NCBI RefSeq assembly: GCF_036365525.1 | Contig: NC_090385.1 | Span: 23,430,459 to 23,494,458 of the forward strand | Length of the DNA stretch: 64,000 bases | From: Heterodontus francisci | Lineage: Eukaryota | Direction: 5' to 3' | Shown here: in pieces, positions 50,746-64,000 of the stretch | Layout of the letters: each line of letters opens with the position of its first letter | How positions within the stretch are numbered: position 1 is the first letter of the stretch | The notes under the pieces: model-generated | Told to the model about the DNA's origin: nothing | What the model saw: the letters and a program-made list of their open reading frames with translations, nothing else | Databases searched by the model: none | Made by a program: the position numbers and the translations under genes

Positions 50746-52161
50746 GTAAAAGGCATTTGTCATATGCACTCTTTTTCTGCTTCTATGCCTTTTGTCATCC
50801 AGGGAGCACCAGCTTCATTGGTCCTACTTCTCCCCTTTGTGGGAATGTCCCTCGGCTGTATCCGAACTATCTCCTCTTTGAAGGCAGCCCATTGTTCAAT
50901 TCCAGTTTTGCTATCCAATCTTTGATTCCAATTTACCTGGGCTAGATCCATTCTCGTCTCATTGAAATTGGCCCTACATCAAAATTCTTTTACTCCAAAT
51001 TGCTCCTCGTTCTTTTCCATAGATAAGCTAAATCTTATGATACTATGATCACTGTCCCCCTAAATGTTCCCCTACTGACACTTGACCCACTTGTCCCAAC
51101 TCCTTCCTCACTGGACTGGAAACATACTGATCCAGAAAATTCTTATGAACACACTTCAGAAACTCTTTCCCCCTCTCTGCTCTTTACACTATTAATATTC
51201 CAGTCTTTATTAAGATAATTTAAAAATCCCACTATACTCTATAGTTTCTGCATCTCTAATTTCCTTGCAAATTTGTTCATCTATCTTTCCCACTAGTTGG
51301 TGGCCTATAGAACGCACCTAGAAGTGTAATGGTACCTCTGTTGCTTCTTCGCTCTAAACAATTAGATTCTGTCCTAGACCATTTCAGGACATCCTCTCTC
51401 TCCAGTCCTGTAATATTCTCCTTTATCAATACTGCCACCCCTCCTCCCTTCTTTCATTCCCTATCTTTCCTAAACACCTTGTATTCAGTAATATTTAGTA
51501 CCCAGTCCTGTCCTTTTTTGTGCCAGCTCTCCATTATCACCACAGCAACATATTCCCACATGGCTTCCTTTGCCTGCAGCGTAGCAACTTTATTTACCAC
51601 ACCCTGCGTTCCCATACATGCACAGTAACCCCAATTTAGGCCTTGCTGGGGGTGGGGGGGTTGTGGGGGAGAAAGCTGGGGGAAAGGGGAAGCAATACAA
51701 AATAGCTGTTGCAGTCAGACTCTGCATCCCTTAAGAGGGGGCAGATAACCATGAAACTAAAAGGAGGCCCAAGAAGTCTTATGAAAGAAAAATTCAATAG
51801 GAAGAAATGTTTCCCCTTAAAGTATACAAACATAAAAGGAAACCATCCAACAGAAAAGATGTTTCTACCCAGAAAGCCAATTCTCTCCAGTGTAACATGC
51901 ATGACATAACATGGTGATGGCCTACAGCTAAACCAATCCAAAATTCTTGAGGAAGGTAGTTTATACCAGGTAGAACTTCAAAAAAGCCAAAACAAGTTTC
52001 CACCAAACCATTATTAGTTATGTACTGAATAACATCCCACAGAATTTCATGACAAGTGAATCACCTATGCCTCAAATTATTCTTATAATCTTTAGTCCCA
52101 CTTCCTGCCAGATAATCTTTAAACTTATTATTGAAAGGAGCTTAATGAATTCACACTGATT

Positions 52162-52493
52162 GGAGTCTATTTTAACTGAGTGGCTGACCAGCAAAGCGGC
52201 CGCACGATTGAGGTTCTGACCCGATTTACATTCGCTAGACATACTGCGCAGGCTCTGACTAGTTCCTTCCTAAACAACAATCTGGGTCCTATTTACTCCA
52301 CAGGACCTTTATTTCTACATTAAAACAGGCCTATTGCCGAAAATAGATGGGCACTTTGGACACCCAGTGGTAGACTGTCTTTAAAATGGTGGCTCCACAT
52401 TGCCTGTGATAACAGGGAGGTAAGGCTACCAACTCCATTTTGAGGCCATTACTGCCTCTTTGACGCCAGCAGAAAAGAGTGGAAGTGTACCCC
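52162..52493. mobile_element. Degenerate MITE (PIF/Harbinger-like?)
   Basis: Degenerate TIR GGAGTCTATTTT / GAAGTGTACCCC, flanked by ATT on both sides. Confidence 0.35.
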
Positions 52494-53064
52494 ATTGACT
52501 CTGATGAGAGTCCACTTTATATAATCACAGGTAGAAGAAATTCCTATAATTCTCCAGCCCTGTTTGATGTTTAATTATGTCCTAATTTTGGGACAACTGA
52601 TAGCAAAATTGTATTATCCATCCTTTTACATCACTTTAAAGACGTGAATTATGTTACTCCTCTCATTTTATCCAGTAAAAACAAATTCCGTTTTTTCAGT
52701 CAATCCTTATAACTTAAATTTAGAGTTTTAAATCCCAGCATCATTATCATTTTCAATCTGTTTTGCTCCCACGGATCCATATCTCTTTAAAGGCAAGGTG
52801 ATCAAAACTGGACTTCATACTCCAAATGGGATGGACCTCTTCATTAAAGGTACAGAGATAAGAAAAAACTTTTATTAGGAATCAAATGTGCTAGAGATGC
52901 ATCCTAATTCATCTCAAATAAGCTTGCAATGACTGGATATTTTCTAAACAATAAACAATCACGCCCAAATCCTTCTCCTTTGCCATTCCTCAGTGGAACC
53001 CATCCTTTCTTGCACCAATATAAACAACCTTACATTTATTCACATTTCCTCTAAACTGGATTCT

Positions 53065-54080
53065 TAAATCATGTATCTTTGATTCTTTGATGAAGTAACA
53101 GATGGGTTGATGTTATGTCTTTTGAAGGTCCAAATACACATGATATAGTCCTACATAATAGATTTGTTAGCAACACTGAAGTCCATGGGATTAAAGGGTA
53201 GTAGCTGCATGGATAAGAAATTGTCAAATGGACAGAAAACAGAAGTGGTGAACTGTTGTTCTTCAGACTGGAGGGAAGTATGCAGTGGTGCTCCCCACCC
53301 CTCCTCATATGCAGTAAACAAATCAGGAGGACATAGATTAGTGAAATGTGCAAATGATTGATAAAATGTAACAGAAAAGTATGAAGTAATTCATTTTCGT
53401 AGGAAGAATGATGAGGGATAATATAAACTAAATGGTACACTTTTAAAAGTCTGCAGAAACAGAGAGGCTTTGAAGGTGGCAGGACAAGTTGAGAAGTCTG
53501 TTAAAAAGACACGAGATCCTTGGCTTTATAAAAGCACAGTGTATAAAAGTAATATAGATATGTTAAACCTTTATAAAACAGTGGTTAGGCCACAGTTGGA
53601 GTATTGTGACCAATTCTGTGCATCCTTATTCAAGTGAGGTGCACAGGAGAGTTACTAGAATGGTACCAGGGATGAAGGAATTCAGATACATGGACAGACC
53701 AGAGAAGGTGGAGAAGAGGGAGTGAAGGGCAGATTTGATAGAAGTGTTCAAATTCACAAAAAAAATCTGAAAGTAGTAAATAAGGTGAAACTGGTTCCAT
53801 TGGCAGAAGGGGCAGTAACCTGAGGACACAGATTTAAGGTAATTGGTGAAACAAGCAGAGGAGACATGAGGAAAAACAATTTACACATGATTCATGATGA
53901 TCTAGATCCACTGCCTGAAAGGGTAATAAAATAAGAACTTTCTAAAGGGAACTGATTACTTGAAGGGCAAAAATTTACAGGGTAATGGAGAAACAGCAGG
54001 GGACCAGAATAATTGGACAGCTCTTTCAAACAGTCGCCACAGACACAGTGGGCCAAATGGCCTCCTTTTGTACTGTATGA
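53065..54080 (+). mobile_element. Old CR1 3' half with internal deletions
   Basis: GGTTAGGCCACAGTTGGAGTATTGTG, GGACACAGATTTAAGGT and a CR1 tail. Confidence 0.8.
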
Positions 54081-55613
54081 TCCTATGCATCTTAGTGTCA
54101 TTAGCAAATTTTGCATCATTACTAACAGTATCCATTCAGCAAATGTAAAACACAGTAAAGGTGGTCCAGAACTTTGCGGAAGGAGCTCCTCTAGCTACTA
54201 GCAGGCAGAACTATCACCTTTTGGTCTCTATTACTTAGCTAATTTGATATCCATCTAGTTATTTTACTAGTAATACCATGCATTGCTAATTTAACTACAT
54301 CAAAACGTAGATCAAATGTTTTCCAAAAATCAAATTATATCCAAAGAATGTAACTCAAGTCGTCTTCAGAGAATTCCAACAGATTTATGATTTATGACTT
54401 TTAAAATCATTGACTTCCTTTTATGACAAGAGTACTCTTCAGGTGGATATTAATAGTATCTTGTAAAAAGCCTTTCAGAAATTTCCCAACAAGCCAGGTG
54501 AATCGAAAAAAACAAAAAATGCAAACCAAATCAAGTAATAAAAAGAGCAAATAAAAACACCCATCTCAAAAAAAAAATTGAGGGAGCACCAGACAGCAGA
54601 ACAAGAATAGAAACTTCCTCGGTGGCCATTCAACTGGCATAAATTGAATGCTGTCAGAAGACAGTGGGCTGTGATCGGTACTCCCCTTCCAGTTTGTGGT
54701 GTCATTGGAAGGGATCCTTTCATATACAAGCCCTGACATTAATAACCCTGTTCAAACACCACAAATGGGCAGTTAAAATTGTTGGGTTGGAGAGTTCACA
54801 CCGCCCATGCCATTTTAACTTGGCAGAAAACTTGTCTGGGAGGACAGCTCATGTGAGGCAGGTGGGGGATTTCCTACCTGCTCCAAAGGTGCCCCAACTT
54901 AACATTGAGGCCAAAATTGCTGCATTCAGGGCGCATTTTCCAAATAGTTTTAGAACATGGGAATTAGGAGAAAAACAAGTCTATAGAGGGTTTTCACTTT
55001 GCAACATTTAGGATTGTGACAATATATCCATCTTTTAAGCATATCTAGTTAAATTATGAACTATACAATGTATTTTACTCTCCACTCCACAAACCTAATC
55101 CAGAATAAAACAAACACATAAACCACTGCAGTTAAAAACTTCCTCTGATAAGTTCTTCAGGAGATATTTGCTGAAACTTTCCTGTTGTAGTACTACCTAT
55201 CCTCTCGGAGCAGTTTAACATTTATGTTTTAAATATTCCAAAAAGGGGAAGAGGAGGAATATTGCTTAAAAACATTCTAAATGTCGTAAAAGGTTTGGCA
55301 GGAGGCAGGTAAGATATATATATATTTTTTTAAATTACAATACTATTTCTGGAATTTTAAAACTCTAATCTTCATTTTACCTAAACACCTCTCTACAAAA
55401 TCCTTTAGAAGTTTTGATTCACATGTAGGAGACTGTGAAATGCAATTTTGTGCAGTCTTGGGGATTATGTAGATTCCATGTGTTAGTTTCCCCCCCCAAA
55501 TACACAATCCAGTGATTTTTCTTGTTTGAACATACATACTATATAGGGGCTAGATCGTGATCAGCAACGGAATGATACTTATAGGACTGATTGAGCCACA
55601 AATGAATAACATT

Positions 55614-56022
55614 GACCGGAATTTTATGTCCCATGCAGGAGTGGCCTGGAGGCCGGGGGGGTGGGGGGTGGAGGGGGAGGGCGGGGTGGGATGTGGGTGC
55701 TGCTGGCCATGTTAGCATTTATTGCCCATCCCTAATTGCTGCAGTTCATGTGGGGTAGGTACACCCACAGTGCTGTTAGGAAGGAAGTTCCAGGATTTTG
55801 ACCCCATGATAGTGGGAGGCAGGGGGTGCCGTACCTGTTGCCTTCCCGCCCAGGCTGCAAGTTTATGAGTGGTAATGACGACAAATGGTCCATCCGCCCC
55901 AGGCCAATTAAGGTCCTGAGCCACATAAAATCAGTGCATGGCTTTCAGGCCCGCTGAGGTGGGCTCACCCCTTACTTTTTGGATGGTGGGCAGGGCCTCC
56001 AGCCTGATGTAAAAATCTGGCC
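55614..56022. mobile_element. MITE with 3-bp TSD, containing a family B 3' fragment (about 55688-55815, minus strand)
   Basis: TIR GACCGGAATTTT / AAAATCTGGCC with ATT flanks; a similar terminus AAAATCCAGCCC occurs near 62550. Confidence 0.5.
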
Positions 56023-56169
56023 ATTATTCTGAAATTATCTTATCTCAGAGTAATCCAGAACAAATTTAACAAACATTGCCAATGCCCCTTTGTGCAATTC
56101 CATTGACCAACAGCAACCACATTTTGGGTGCATCACCTCATACTATTATTGGATGCCGATAAGACACTT

Positions 56170-56540
56170 GATTAATTGCCAGGGCTGTAGACCATGGTCA
56201 AGGAGGACAGGGATTTGGTGGGTTCTAGTGAAAAGGGCATGGCAGCTGCATTAGAAAGGAAGCAGTGCCACAGGCAGCTCAAGAACAGCTTTTGGGTCAC
56301 AGGTGGCAGTTTTGGGTGGAAGCAGGGATCCAGGTTGCTGGTTGCATTTTCAGGTGTTGAATGCAGGAAGCACTTAAGGAAGGATCTGACTAGGGACATG
56401 ACAGAGTAAAAGGTAGAGGGAAAGGGTGAGGGGCAGGTAAGTAGAGATGCCTGAGGCAGTACGAGGGAGTATGAACCAGACAAGCTGCATGCACTTAGGG
56501 TGGGTGAGGAAAGCAAGGAAGTTGGAGAAGGTGCAGGAAC
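56170..56540 (-). mobile_element. L2-type fragment
   Basis: Similar to the reverse complement of about 61550-61960. Confidence 0.45.
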
Positions 56541-57107
56541 ATGTGTTGAAAAGCCTCTACCTTTGAAAAGGTCCTGTAATTTAAAACCTTAGTTGTTTAA
56601 CTAACAGGAGTTCCCCAAAGTCACGGGGAACCCTTTAATGGAAATCTTCCCTTGCCATTTAAAAGGCCACTACTTACTTTAACCAAAAACTGACTTTTGA
56701 AGTGCAGGACCAGGGTTCCTTAAGCAGAATCCCCATAACTTCTGGGAAGATACTGATTTAAATGGAAATATGACAAACAGGGGCTTCCTCAAACTTTGGG
56801 GGAAAGCTGTCTAGAGAATCCCATCCCTCTACTTCCGAAGCCAGTTTTTGCTCAGGGCCAGGAATGGACTTTTGAAGTATGGATTGGAATAGATTTGGCA
56901 ATAGGAAGGAAACATTTAGTGGCAGTTAAGCAGATTGGCGTGTCTCATTGGAGGGGACAGCAGGACAGGTACATGCAGCAGTGAGGAAATATTATGGCCA
57001 CAGCAAACAAGACCGCATTGCCTTTATGGGTAGGGGCGAGAAGTAGTAACGAGCAAAAAAAAAAAATTACGTTGGAAGGTTTTTGAAAGCAGAGCTTGGG
57101 TGTATTT

Positions 57108-57243
57108 ATAAAAGCAAAATACTGCAGATGCTGGAAATCTAAAATAAAAATAAGAAATGCTGGAAACACTCAGCAGGTCTGGCAGCATCTGTGGAGAGAG
57201 AAGCAGAGTTAACTTTTCAGGTCAGTGACTCTTTTTCAGAACG
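57108..57243 (-). mobile_element. Penelope pseudo-LTR fragment with decayed hammerhead
   Basis: Reverse complement of 40330-40465; core mutated to CTGAAAA. Confidence 0.75.
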
Positions 57244-60200
57244 GGGGTGTATTTATACAGTTCAGCAGTCACAAGTACCATGGGAGGAAACCAGCACAAG
57301 CACCTTTTAAATTTAAATAATTTAAAATATAAAACTGTAGAAAATAGAAATGGAAATAAACAAAATGGGAGGCAAACCTGAGTGAGTTGCCAGTGGCACC
57401 TAGGGACTGGAGGCCTACAACTATACACAGAGGAATTCTCATTATTAGTGTCCAATTAACATTCTACACTCCAAATGTTACAAAATCATTGAAAAATTGT
57501 GGCTTGTAGGAATGGTTTGTGGACAGAAGGCTTACCATATTCAAAGCTTATTTAGATACACCTTCAGGCTTGTATAACCCAAGAAACCCACTCCCAACAA
57601 AAAATGCAGACAATGAACCTGTGGGACAACTGCTAATGAATTCAAGGCCAAACTTCATCTCGAACTAGATAGGCAATAGGATGTATAGACTTGCCCCCTG
57701 TGGAGCCAATTTGTTCACCCATCATCTCAATGCTTACTGACCTAGTTTTTAGTCACTTGCCCAAATGTCTCCTTTGCACAATGTTATTTTTGTCTGATTA
57801 TGCTCCGGTCAAGCATCTTGGGACTTTTTACCCCATAAAAGACACTATAAAAATCCAAGTTGTTGCATCAAATGGCAGATTTTCCCCTTCCTAACACGGA
57901 GACAGACACTTGTAGCATCCTAGAAATTCCCCACTGGGGATCAGCTAGCTAAGCACACAAGATCAAATAGTAGACCTTGCTCTTTTGTACAGCTAAGCTA
58001 CTAACTAAACTTACCAGACATCTGGAGGTATGAGATGGCATGAGTGGGGAACTGTGATTGCTCCTCTTGACTTGTAGAATTAAAATATTAAGATCGGCAT
58101 TTAAAACTAACTTGTGTTTCATTTCATGACAAATCTGGCAAGTTTAAACAATCCAAATTATGGCATTTACTGTTTATCACAATCACATGGCTTAGTGGTA
58201 TAACATTACAATCTGAGAGTTCTGTTATTCTTTATAGGCTGGCCTTAAATTTTGAGCCAAGCCTGGTGGTACTATAAACCGATTAGGATTCACTGATTGA
58301 TTATATTCCAGTTAGTTCACTTCCATTACTGTCGGCTGTTGCCAGCACCTTTTCTGATATTTATATGAAGTACTAAAGGACCTTTCTCATCATAGACATC
58401 CCATTGTTCACCTACTGTGCCTTTCTGTTCCACAAATTTTCCCCAAAATCCACAAGAACTGTGCACTGGTTTTGTGGTCAGAAGGGCAATCTTACAAAAT
58501 GCATGAAACAAACATACAATTTGCAGAAAATAGAAAAAACCTGTAGTAAAGCAAGCAAATAATAATTTAGCCATCAAGAGATTTGACATTTTTTGTGCCA
58601 AGAGAAGAAGGGTGTGGGAAGAGAGGAGTTGAGCCATGTTTGGTCCACTTTGCCCTATAGCCTCTCTAAATTTCTGGTATTTTGCACTAGTCTACAAGAT
58701 ATTGAAGTTAAACATTTGTAATTTATAGTTAATGAGGAAATCACATTTGGAGCAGTTAAAGGCTTGCAAGTGAATTTCATTCATGTTTTTGTTCAAATAA
58801 TCTGACTTAAATGGCAGCCTTCTAGGCAACTGCTGGAATAAAACAACATACTCTAACGTGATTATGTTCAACTGTAGCTTTTCATTACTATGCTTATTCA
58901 AAGGTCTATGTCAATCAGCTCCTGAAATATTCCATAGATTGCAATACTCCAATACCCCTCAAATGTGAATTTCTAACAACTCCTTGCATTGTTGTGTCAG
59001 TAAATTCTTCATACAGCTTTGGGTTAAATTGAGCACTTAATTCAAGATGACCCACTTTGAATTGTAGAATTGCATGTGACTTTAACTCAGTTGACTTATC
59101 TATTTTATTTCTTCCCATTGATCTACTGATTGCAGAGAAGGCAACAGGCATCAACTGTGACCCAAAAAAAAAAAAACCCTTATCTTTCGGAGTGCACACT
59201 TCATGGGCTGGAGCGCAAGATGGCAATGGAGTTAGCAAAAAATAGAAAATAGTGTGCTAATGCATCAGGAGTGAGGTACCACCATCACCTTATTCTAGAT
59301 CTTTGACTTTTAAAAAAATGTAATCATCACTCACTCCCCAAATCTTTTACAGCAGCTATCCTTGCCTTCTGACCCATATTAACTTTTGAGGAATGTTGCC
59401 AGGAAATGAACAGTAAACCCTATTTGGTGACTGCTAGTAAGATACTGGACTATCCTATACCTTCATAAGATTTCATTTTGGTTTTGAAACAGTTAAATTT
59501 CACAGTAGACGGCATCGTTAAAGTTTAAAATATGAAAATTATACAAGCGAATATATAATCCATGATAGAAGTTAAATATTTTTAATATCATTTTGCAGAC
59601 AAAAAAGTTGCATCGCTAAAAACCATTATCTAATCCTTCATATATGATTTTAAAATAGTGTTGAGATTTTCATAGCTATATATCTATATAAATACATCAA
59701 ATATATAATATGGATGTTACTCCTATCGCACATTGATTTAAAAAGGGTAATAATAGAAAATCAATTTATCACAATGGCTGACTGGAAGTATTGCATGCAT
59801 ACAGCTATTCTACCTCATAGCTGACATTTTTTAGTTGGACCATATTTGAAAATACATAAGTTTTAAACCGACCTGTGTGAAATCACAAATATGGAAAATA
59901 TTTACAGTACTAAATTATAAAGTTCTTTATATATAAAAAGGATCATATCGTAAGTCAAATATTTTATTTTGCAGGCACAAAATGTTTCCACTGCACTTTG
60001 TTCTAAGCAATAGCTATGGTTTCCATTCAAATCAAAAACAGCAGTTTGTGCTGACAAGCTCAACTATTATGATTAAATTCATTGGCTGACTCCAATAGCA
60101 TAAAATTCATACTTTTTCCACAGACCGTGGAACTTCCATAGTTCACAATTCAATTACCCACATTTCAGATTATCTGCCAGAATTTGTGGGACAAATGTTG

Positions 60201-60299
60201 CCTCACTGCACGGCCCATTAGAACCAAACAGCTCCTATCTGACATAAAATCAATTTCCGAAAATTAAATTAAAATTACATGATTACACTATTTGCCATT

Positions 60300-60940
60300 T
60301 AGCATCTGATGGCCTGATTATTGATATGATTATTTATGAGGAAGGCCATTGGCCCATCTTAATTGATCCATCCAGAAATAGTCGACAGCCACTGTTGTTG
60401 CTAATTGCCTCTTAAATCATTCAAGGGTTTTTGACTTCACAGCTCTATATGGAATTCAATTCCAAGCGTCAATCACTACATGCAGAATTTCCTTATATCA
60501 GTTCGATAGAGTTAAGGGATATCTGATCCACTTCTCAGAAGCCTAATTTCCTTGGTGAAAAATCCACATTTCTGCTGCTTGAATGTCACCTTGGTTTCTC
60601 AGTGACCAGAACTAGAAACAGTATTCAAATTGTTCACTGATCAGAACACTGCAGAGTTTTATCAGGACTTCCTCCAATTTATATTCTACTCTTTTGACTA
60701 TGTAGCTCAACATTCTATTGGAGTTTTGATTGCTGCTCTTCATTGTTTGGACCTATTGGGTGCAAGATCGACCAAGGCACTACCACCGTTCTGATTACTT
60801 GCATATTTTGTCCAACTCAATTCAATTGCTGTTCCTAGTTTGATACAGTCCAATTTCACCAATTTGCATTGAGTTCCTGAATCATTATGATTGATGTAAA
60901 TAACAAACAGCAGTAGTTCAAACATCAAGTCCAAGAGGCT
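60300..60940 (-). mobile_element. Very old CR1 3' region
   Basis: Residual LLLFVIYIN and GTGACCAGAACT..ACAGTATTC motifs. Confidence 0.55.
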
Positions 60941-60949
60941 ATCTGACCA

Positions 60950-62030
60950 TTTCCTCATCTCCCTTACTATCCACATTCCCTTTCCCACCTCCCCATAATG
61001 CCACTACCTACACCATTCATCAGTGGAGAACAAAAAACTTTCCATTAGCTTCATGTTTTTTTTCTCTGTACCTTCCAACTCCTCCTTTTATCCCTCAACT
61101 AGCTGGGAAATTTCTTCTGCCATTAACCTGCCAAACTATTTCTTCACTTTCACCTTTGGCATCCTCATCCCCAGCAAAACAATCCCAGAGTTTGGGCCAG
61201 CACATCCTATTCTATTTAAATATAGAGTGCACAAACTGGACTGTGTTTAGCTCACTTGTAATCGATCATTAGATCTAACTAGACGATGTAAATGCTTTAC
61301 CATGCCTCAAATCGCCTAATGCCAAAACTACCTACTATTCTAGAAACATTCTAGAGGGCAAGTAAACTGTAGGCTATTCTTCTCCACGACAAAACAGCTT
61401 TCTTTTGCGCACCACTGCCCCCCCCCACCCACAATTCCAACTGCAAGGAACTGGTGATTTCTTTGGTCTCCAAGATCAAGTCTATTCATGCAAAAGGTTC
61501 TGCTGCTTCCACCCCTTTCCTTCCCTCTATCTAGAAATCCCGCAATCTTCCAACCAGTCCAATTCCAACCCCTCATCAGCTCCATTTTCTCCCCTATTTC
61601 GACCTTGCCAAATTCATCTTTTCCATTCGCCCAACTTCCTGCTCCCTAGATCCTTTCTCTACCCAATTCACTCCTGAACCCTAGGCTGGCCAACATTCCA
61701 CGCTAGCTGATGTCGTAAATTGTCCCTTTCTATAGGCACCATTCCTGTCCCCTCCAAAACTGCTGTTGAGGCCCTTAGTCAAAACATTACCATCGATCCA
61801 TCAGTCTTCTCTATTGTCCCTTCATTGATATTCTTTATCACTCAAATCCTATAGTATATCGTTGCCTTCCAAATCTATGCACATCTCCCCAGAAACTCCC
61901 TGTTCAAATTTTTCCAGTCTGACTTTCATCCATGTGACACTGAACCTACCCTGGCCAAATCCTAACTGATGACCTTTTATAATGGCAAATGAAGAAGTGT
62001 CAAATCTTCATTTGGTTCATGTATACCTCT
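60950..62030 (+). mobile_element. Degenerate L2-type LINE RT region
   Basis: C-rich decayed RT-like sequence (CCAGTCTGACTTTCATCC..ACTGAACCTACCCTGGCCAA). Confidence 0.5.
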
Positions 62031-62069
62031 GTAAATCGAGTAGAAATCATTTTGTATGTTGTAGTGACA

Positions 62070-62554
62070 CTCTCACCTCCGTGTCAGAGGTTATGGGTTG
62101 CCGTCATGGGGAGACACCAAGTAAAGCCTGGTGGTCTCCTAGTGGGGCTCAGGGGTCCATCCTTTGGGCGCAATTAGCGCCACCCCACGCTGGGAAGAGA
62201 CTCTCCACCCGCAACAACCCTCCAACCCCACCAGGACCAGCCTCACTGGCCCCAGTGACCCACTTACCGGTCCCGAAGTCTCCTCCATTCTTTGGTACTG
62301 CAGGATCTCTTGTAGTAGTAGCAGTGGCCATCGCTCCCGGTATTACTGCCAGTACTGCACAGCCGCCAGCCTTCCAACTGGCCACCAGCTCTGAAGGCGG
62401 GAGCATGTCCCTAAAAGGGACGGCATCCCCGACAGCAGGCAGTTAATTGACTGCCGGCCATGGAACGACGGAGGCCCGTCAGAGGGCCAAGGTTCTCCCC
62501 CCAACGTTCCAGCCCGCCGCTGGGACCCCCGTGGCCGGAATAAAATCCAGCCCC
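62070..62554. mobile_element. GC-rich non-autonomous DNA element fragment
   Basis: Right end AAAATCCAGCCCC resembles the 55614-56022 TIR; left end not found. Confidence 0.35.
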
Positions 62555-63324
62555 ACGAGTTTCAGCTCTGATCTACTAATCTATTAACATTTTTCCCTGA
62601 TTGAATTCCATTCAAATTTTTTCAACAAGCACACGCACCTAGATGCAGAAGTTAAGTTGTTTGGTGCTTCACTGGTTGAGTTACCAGATCCTTAGCTTAA
62701 CGTAGTGGTTGCCTTTAGCCAATTGGCAGAACAAGATGAATGCCAATATAAATGGTATTTGCTTTTTTAAAAAAAAAAAAAACTTTGTTTACTTTTGCCA
62801 ACAAGATTCAATGGATGGTAAATGTGTAAAAGCAAGTTATGAGCAATCCACTACTGGGTTACCCCTCCCATTGTAAGGGATAGGCATTCTTGATAGGACA
62901 TACAGTTTTTTTTAATACATAAGCAGTGTAGTTTTGCTGCATACTGTATTTCTCCTCTGCCTGCAGTCAAAACAACTGCTTCAATTCCAAGTAGCCTCTC
63001 TGGAAGCACAAAAAAGTCTAAACACATAATGAGTACTCTATCTGAACCAGAGAACCAACAAATGAAATATAAAAATAAAGATGGAGCAAATCAGTTTGTT
63101 CTCCTTTGATGTGATTCATAGCAGCTGGTGCAATATCAGATGCCTGAAAGTAAGGCCTGTACTTGACCCTCCTAGTTTGGCAATAGTGCATTATCTGGTG
63201 CCATGGAGGAGCAGAAATTAGAATTATAGAATTGCTACAGCACAGATGGAAGTCAGTTGTGTCCGTGCCACCTCGCTGCAAGAGCAACTCAGCTAATCCC
63301 ATTCCACCTATGATAGAGTCTTCC

Positions 63325-64000
63325 TGTGTAGACTGAATTCTATACAGCTCGTGTTTGTTTTTTTGGAGATAGTCCCGGATTTGTAATTGAAACTGAAGGC
63401 TTTCAGGTTGTGGGGAGTCAAACCGAGGTTGGACAAAAACAGCCCTGTGACTGAGAAAAGTTTTTTTTTAAAACCAAGGACATGTGACTGGGGGCTTGAG
63501 TTTTCAGTTTGACCAGAGGGCTTTTGAAAGTCAAGAAGAACACTGCAATGGATGGAAAAATCAGCCAGTTATTGTTCAAAGAGACAGGCTGAGAGCTACA
63601 GGTTTTTGTGCTTCCAGAGAGGCTACTTGGAACTGAAGCAGTGGTTTTGACTATAGGCAGAGGAGCCTGGACTGAGGGATGACCATTGGTGAATGACTTA
63701 CATCAGTTGTCTTTGGTGACTGAAAAGTCATCAGCGGAACCATGGCATTGGGACGGTAGTGGGCAAGGCTTAGGTTGTTTGAGAGGTGACCAAACCAAAA
63801 CTGTTTCAAGGAAGATTACATCACTATCGACGAGACTTCATTACTTCCATATCTGTATCATGGAGGACAGAACTACCCGAGTAAGATTCTGATTTTTATT
63901 GTACTGTGGGACTGTTCGACACCATCCTTCCGACAAGCCTGTTCTGAGGATTTGTAAGGATAACCTTGGTTGCATCTGATTGTATGTATATCTTAACGGT
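63325..64000. mobile_element. Probable LTR running off the window end
   Basis: Starts with TGT after a CR1 tail fragment; composition resembles the reverse strand of the solo LTRs; no 3' end visible. Confidence 0.3.

Larger units (their letters stand above)
40475..51625 (-). mobile_element. Old CR1 ORF2 fragmented by nested insertions (pieces at about 40475-40795, 42665-42915, 48380-48560, 49150-49757, 50265-50400, 50750-51625)
   Basis: The pieces are colinear in CR1 order on the minus strand, from APE to C-terminus (e.g. PEDWKIANVTPLFKKG, NEYFASVFTKE). Confidence 0.75.

Noticed and set aside
58915-59238. 107-aa minus-strand ORF in a TE-poor region
   Set aside because: No recognisable domain or convincing splice-site pair; an exon cannot be excluded without RNA data
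1-64000. CRISPR array, prokaryotic operon, rRNA or endogenous DNA virus
   Set aside because: No regularly spaced repeat-spacer structure, rRNA motifs or long intact non-TE ORFs were seen

Overview
Vertebrate nuclear DNA, almost certainly from an elasmobranch (shark or ray): it carries HE1-type V-SINEs, CR1 LINEs with matching tails, Penelope elements and a Deu-type SINE. Most of the window is nested transposable-element debris: several CR1 subfamilies (two near full length, with esterase-type ORF1 and APE-RT ORF2), RTE 3' ends, L2 fragments, an old Mag-like Gypsy provirus with both LTRs and a 5-bp TSD, two related solo LTRs, Penelope pieces with minimal hammerhead ribozymes and several MITEs. 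A second LINE family (called 'family B' here) has a full-length copy that starts with a tRNA-like/SINE head and has no ORF1. Nearly every long ORF in the track is a TE ORF fragment or its antisense shadow. A TE-free block at about 23.2-29.8 kb looks like the last exons and a long 3' UTR of an unidentified minus-strand host gene. All calls are by manual reading; boundaries of old elements are approximate (tens of bp).
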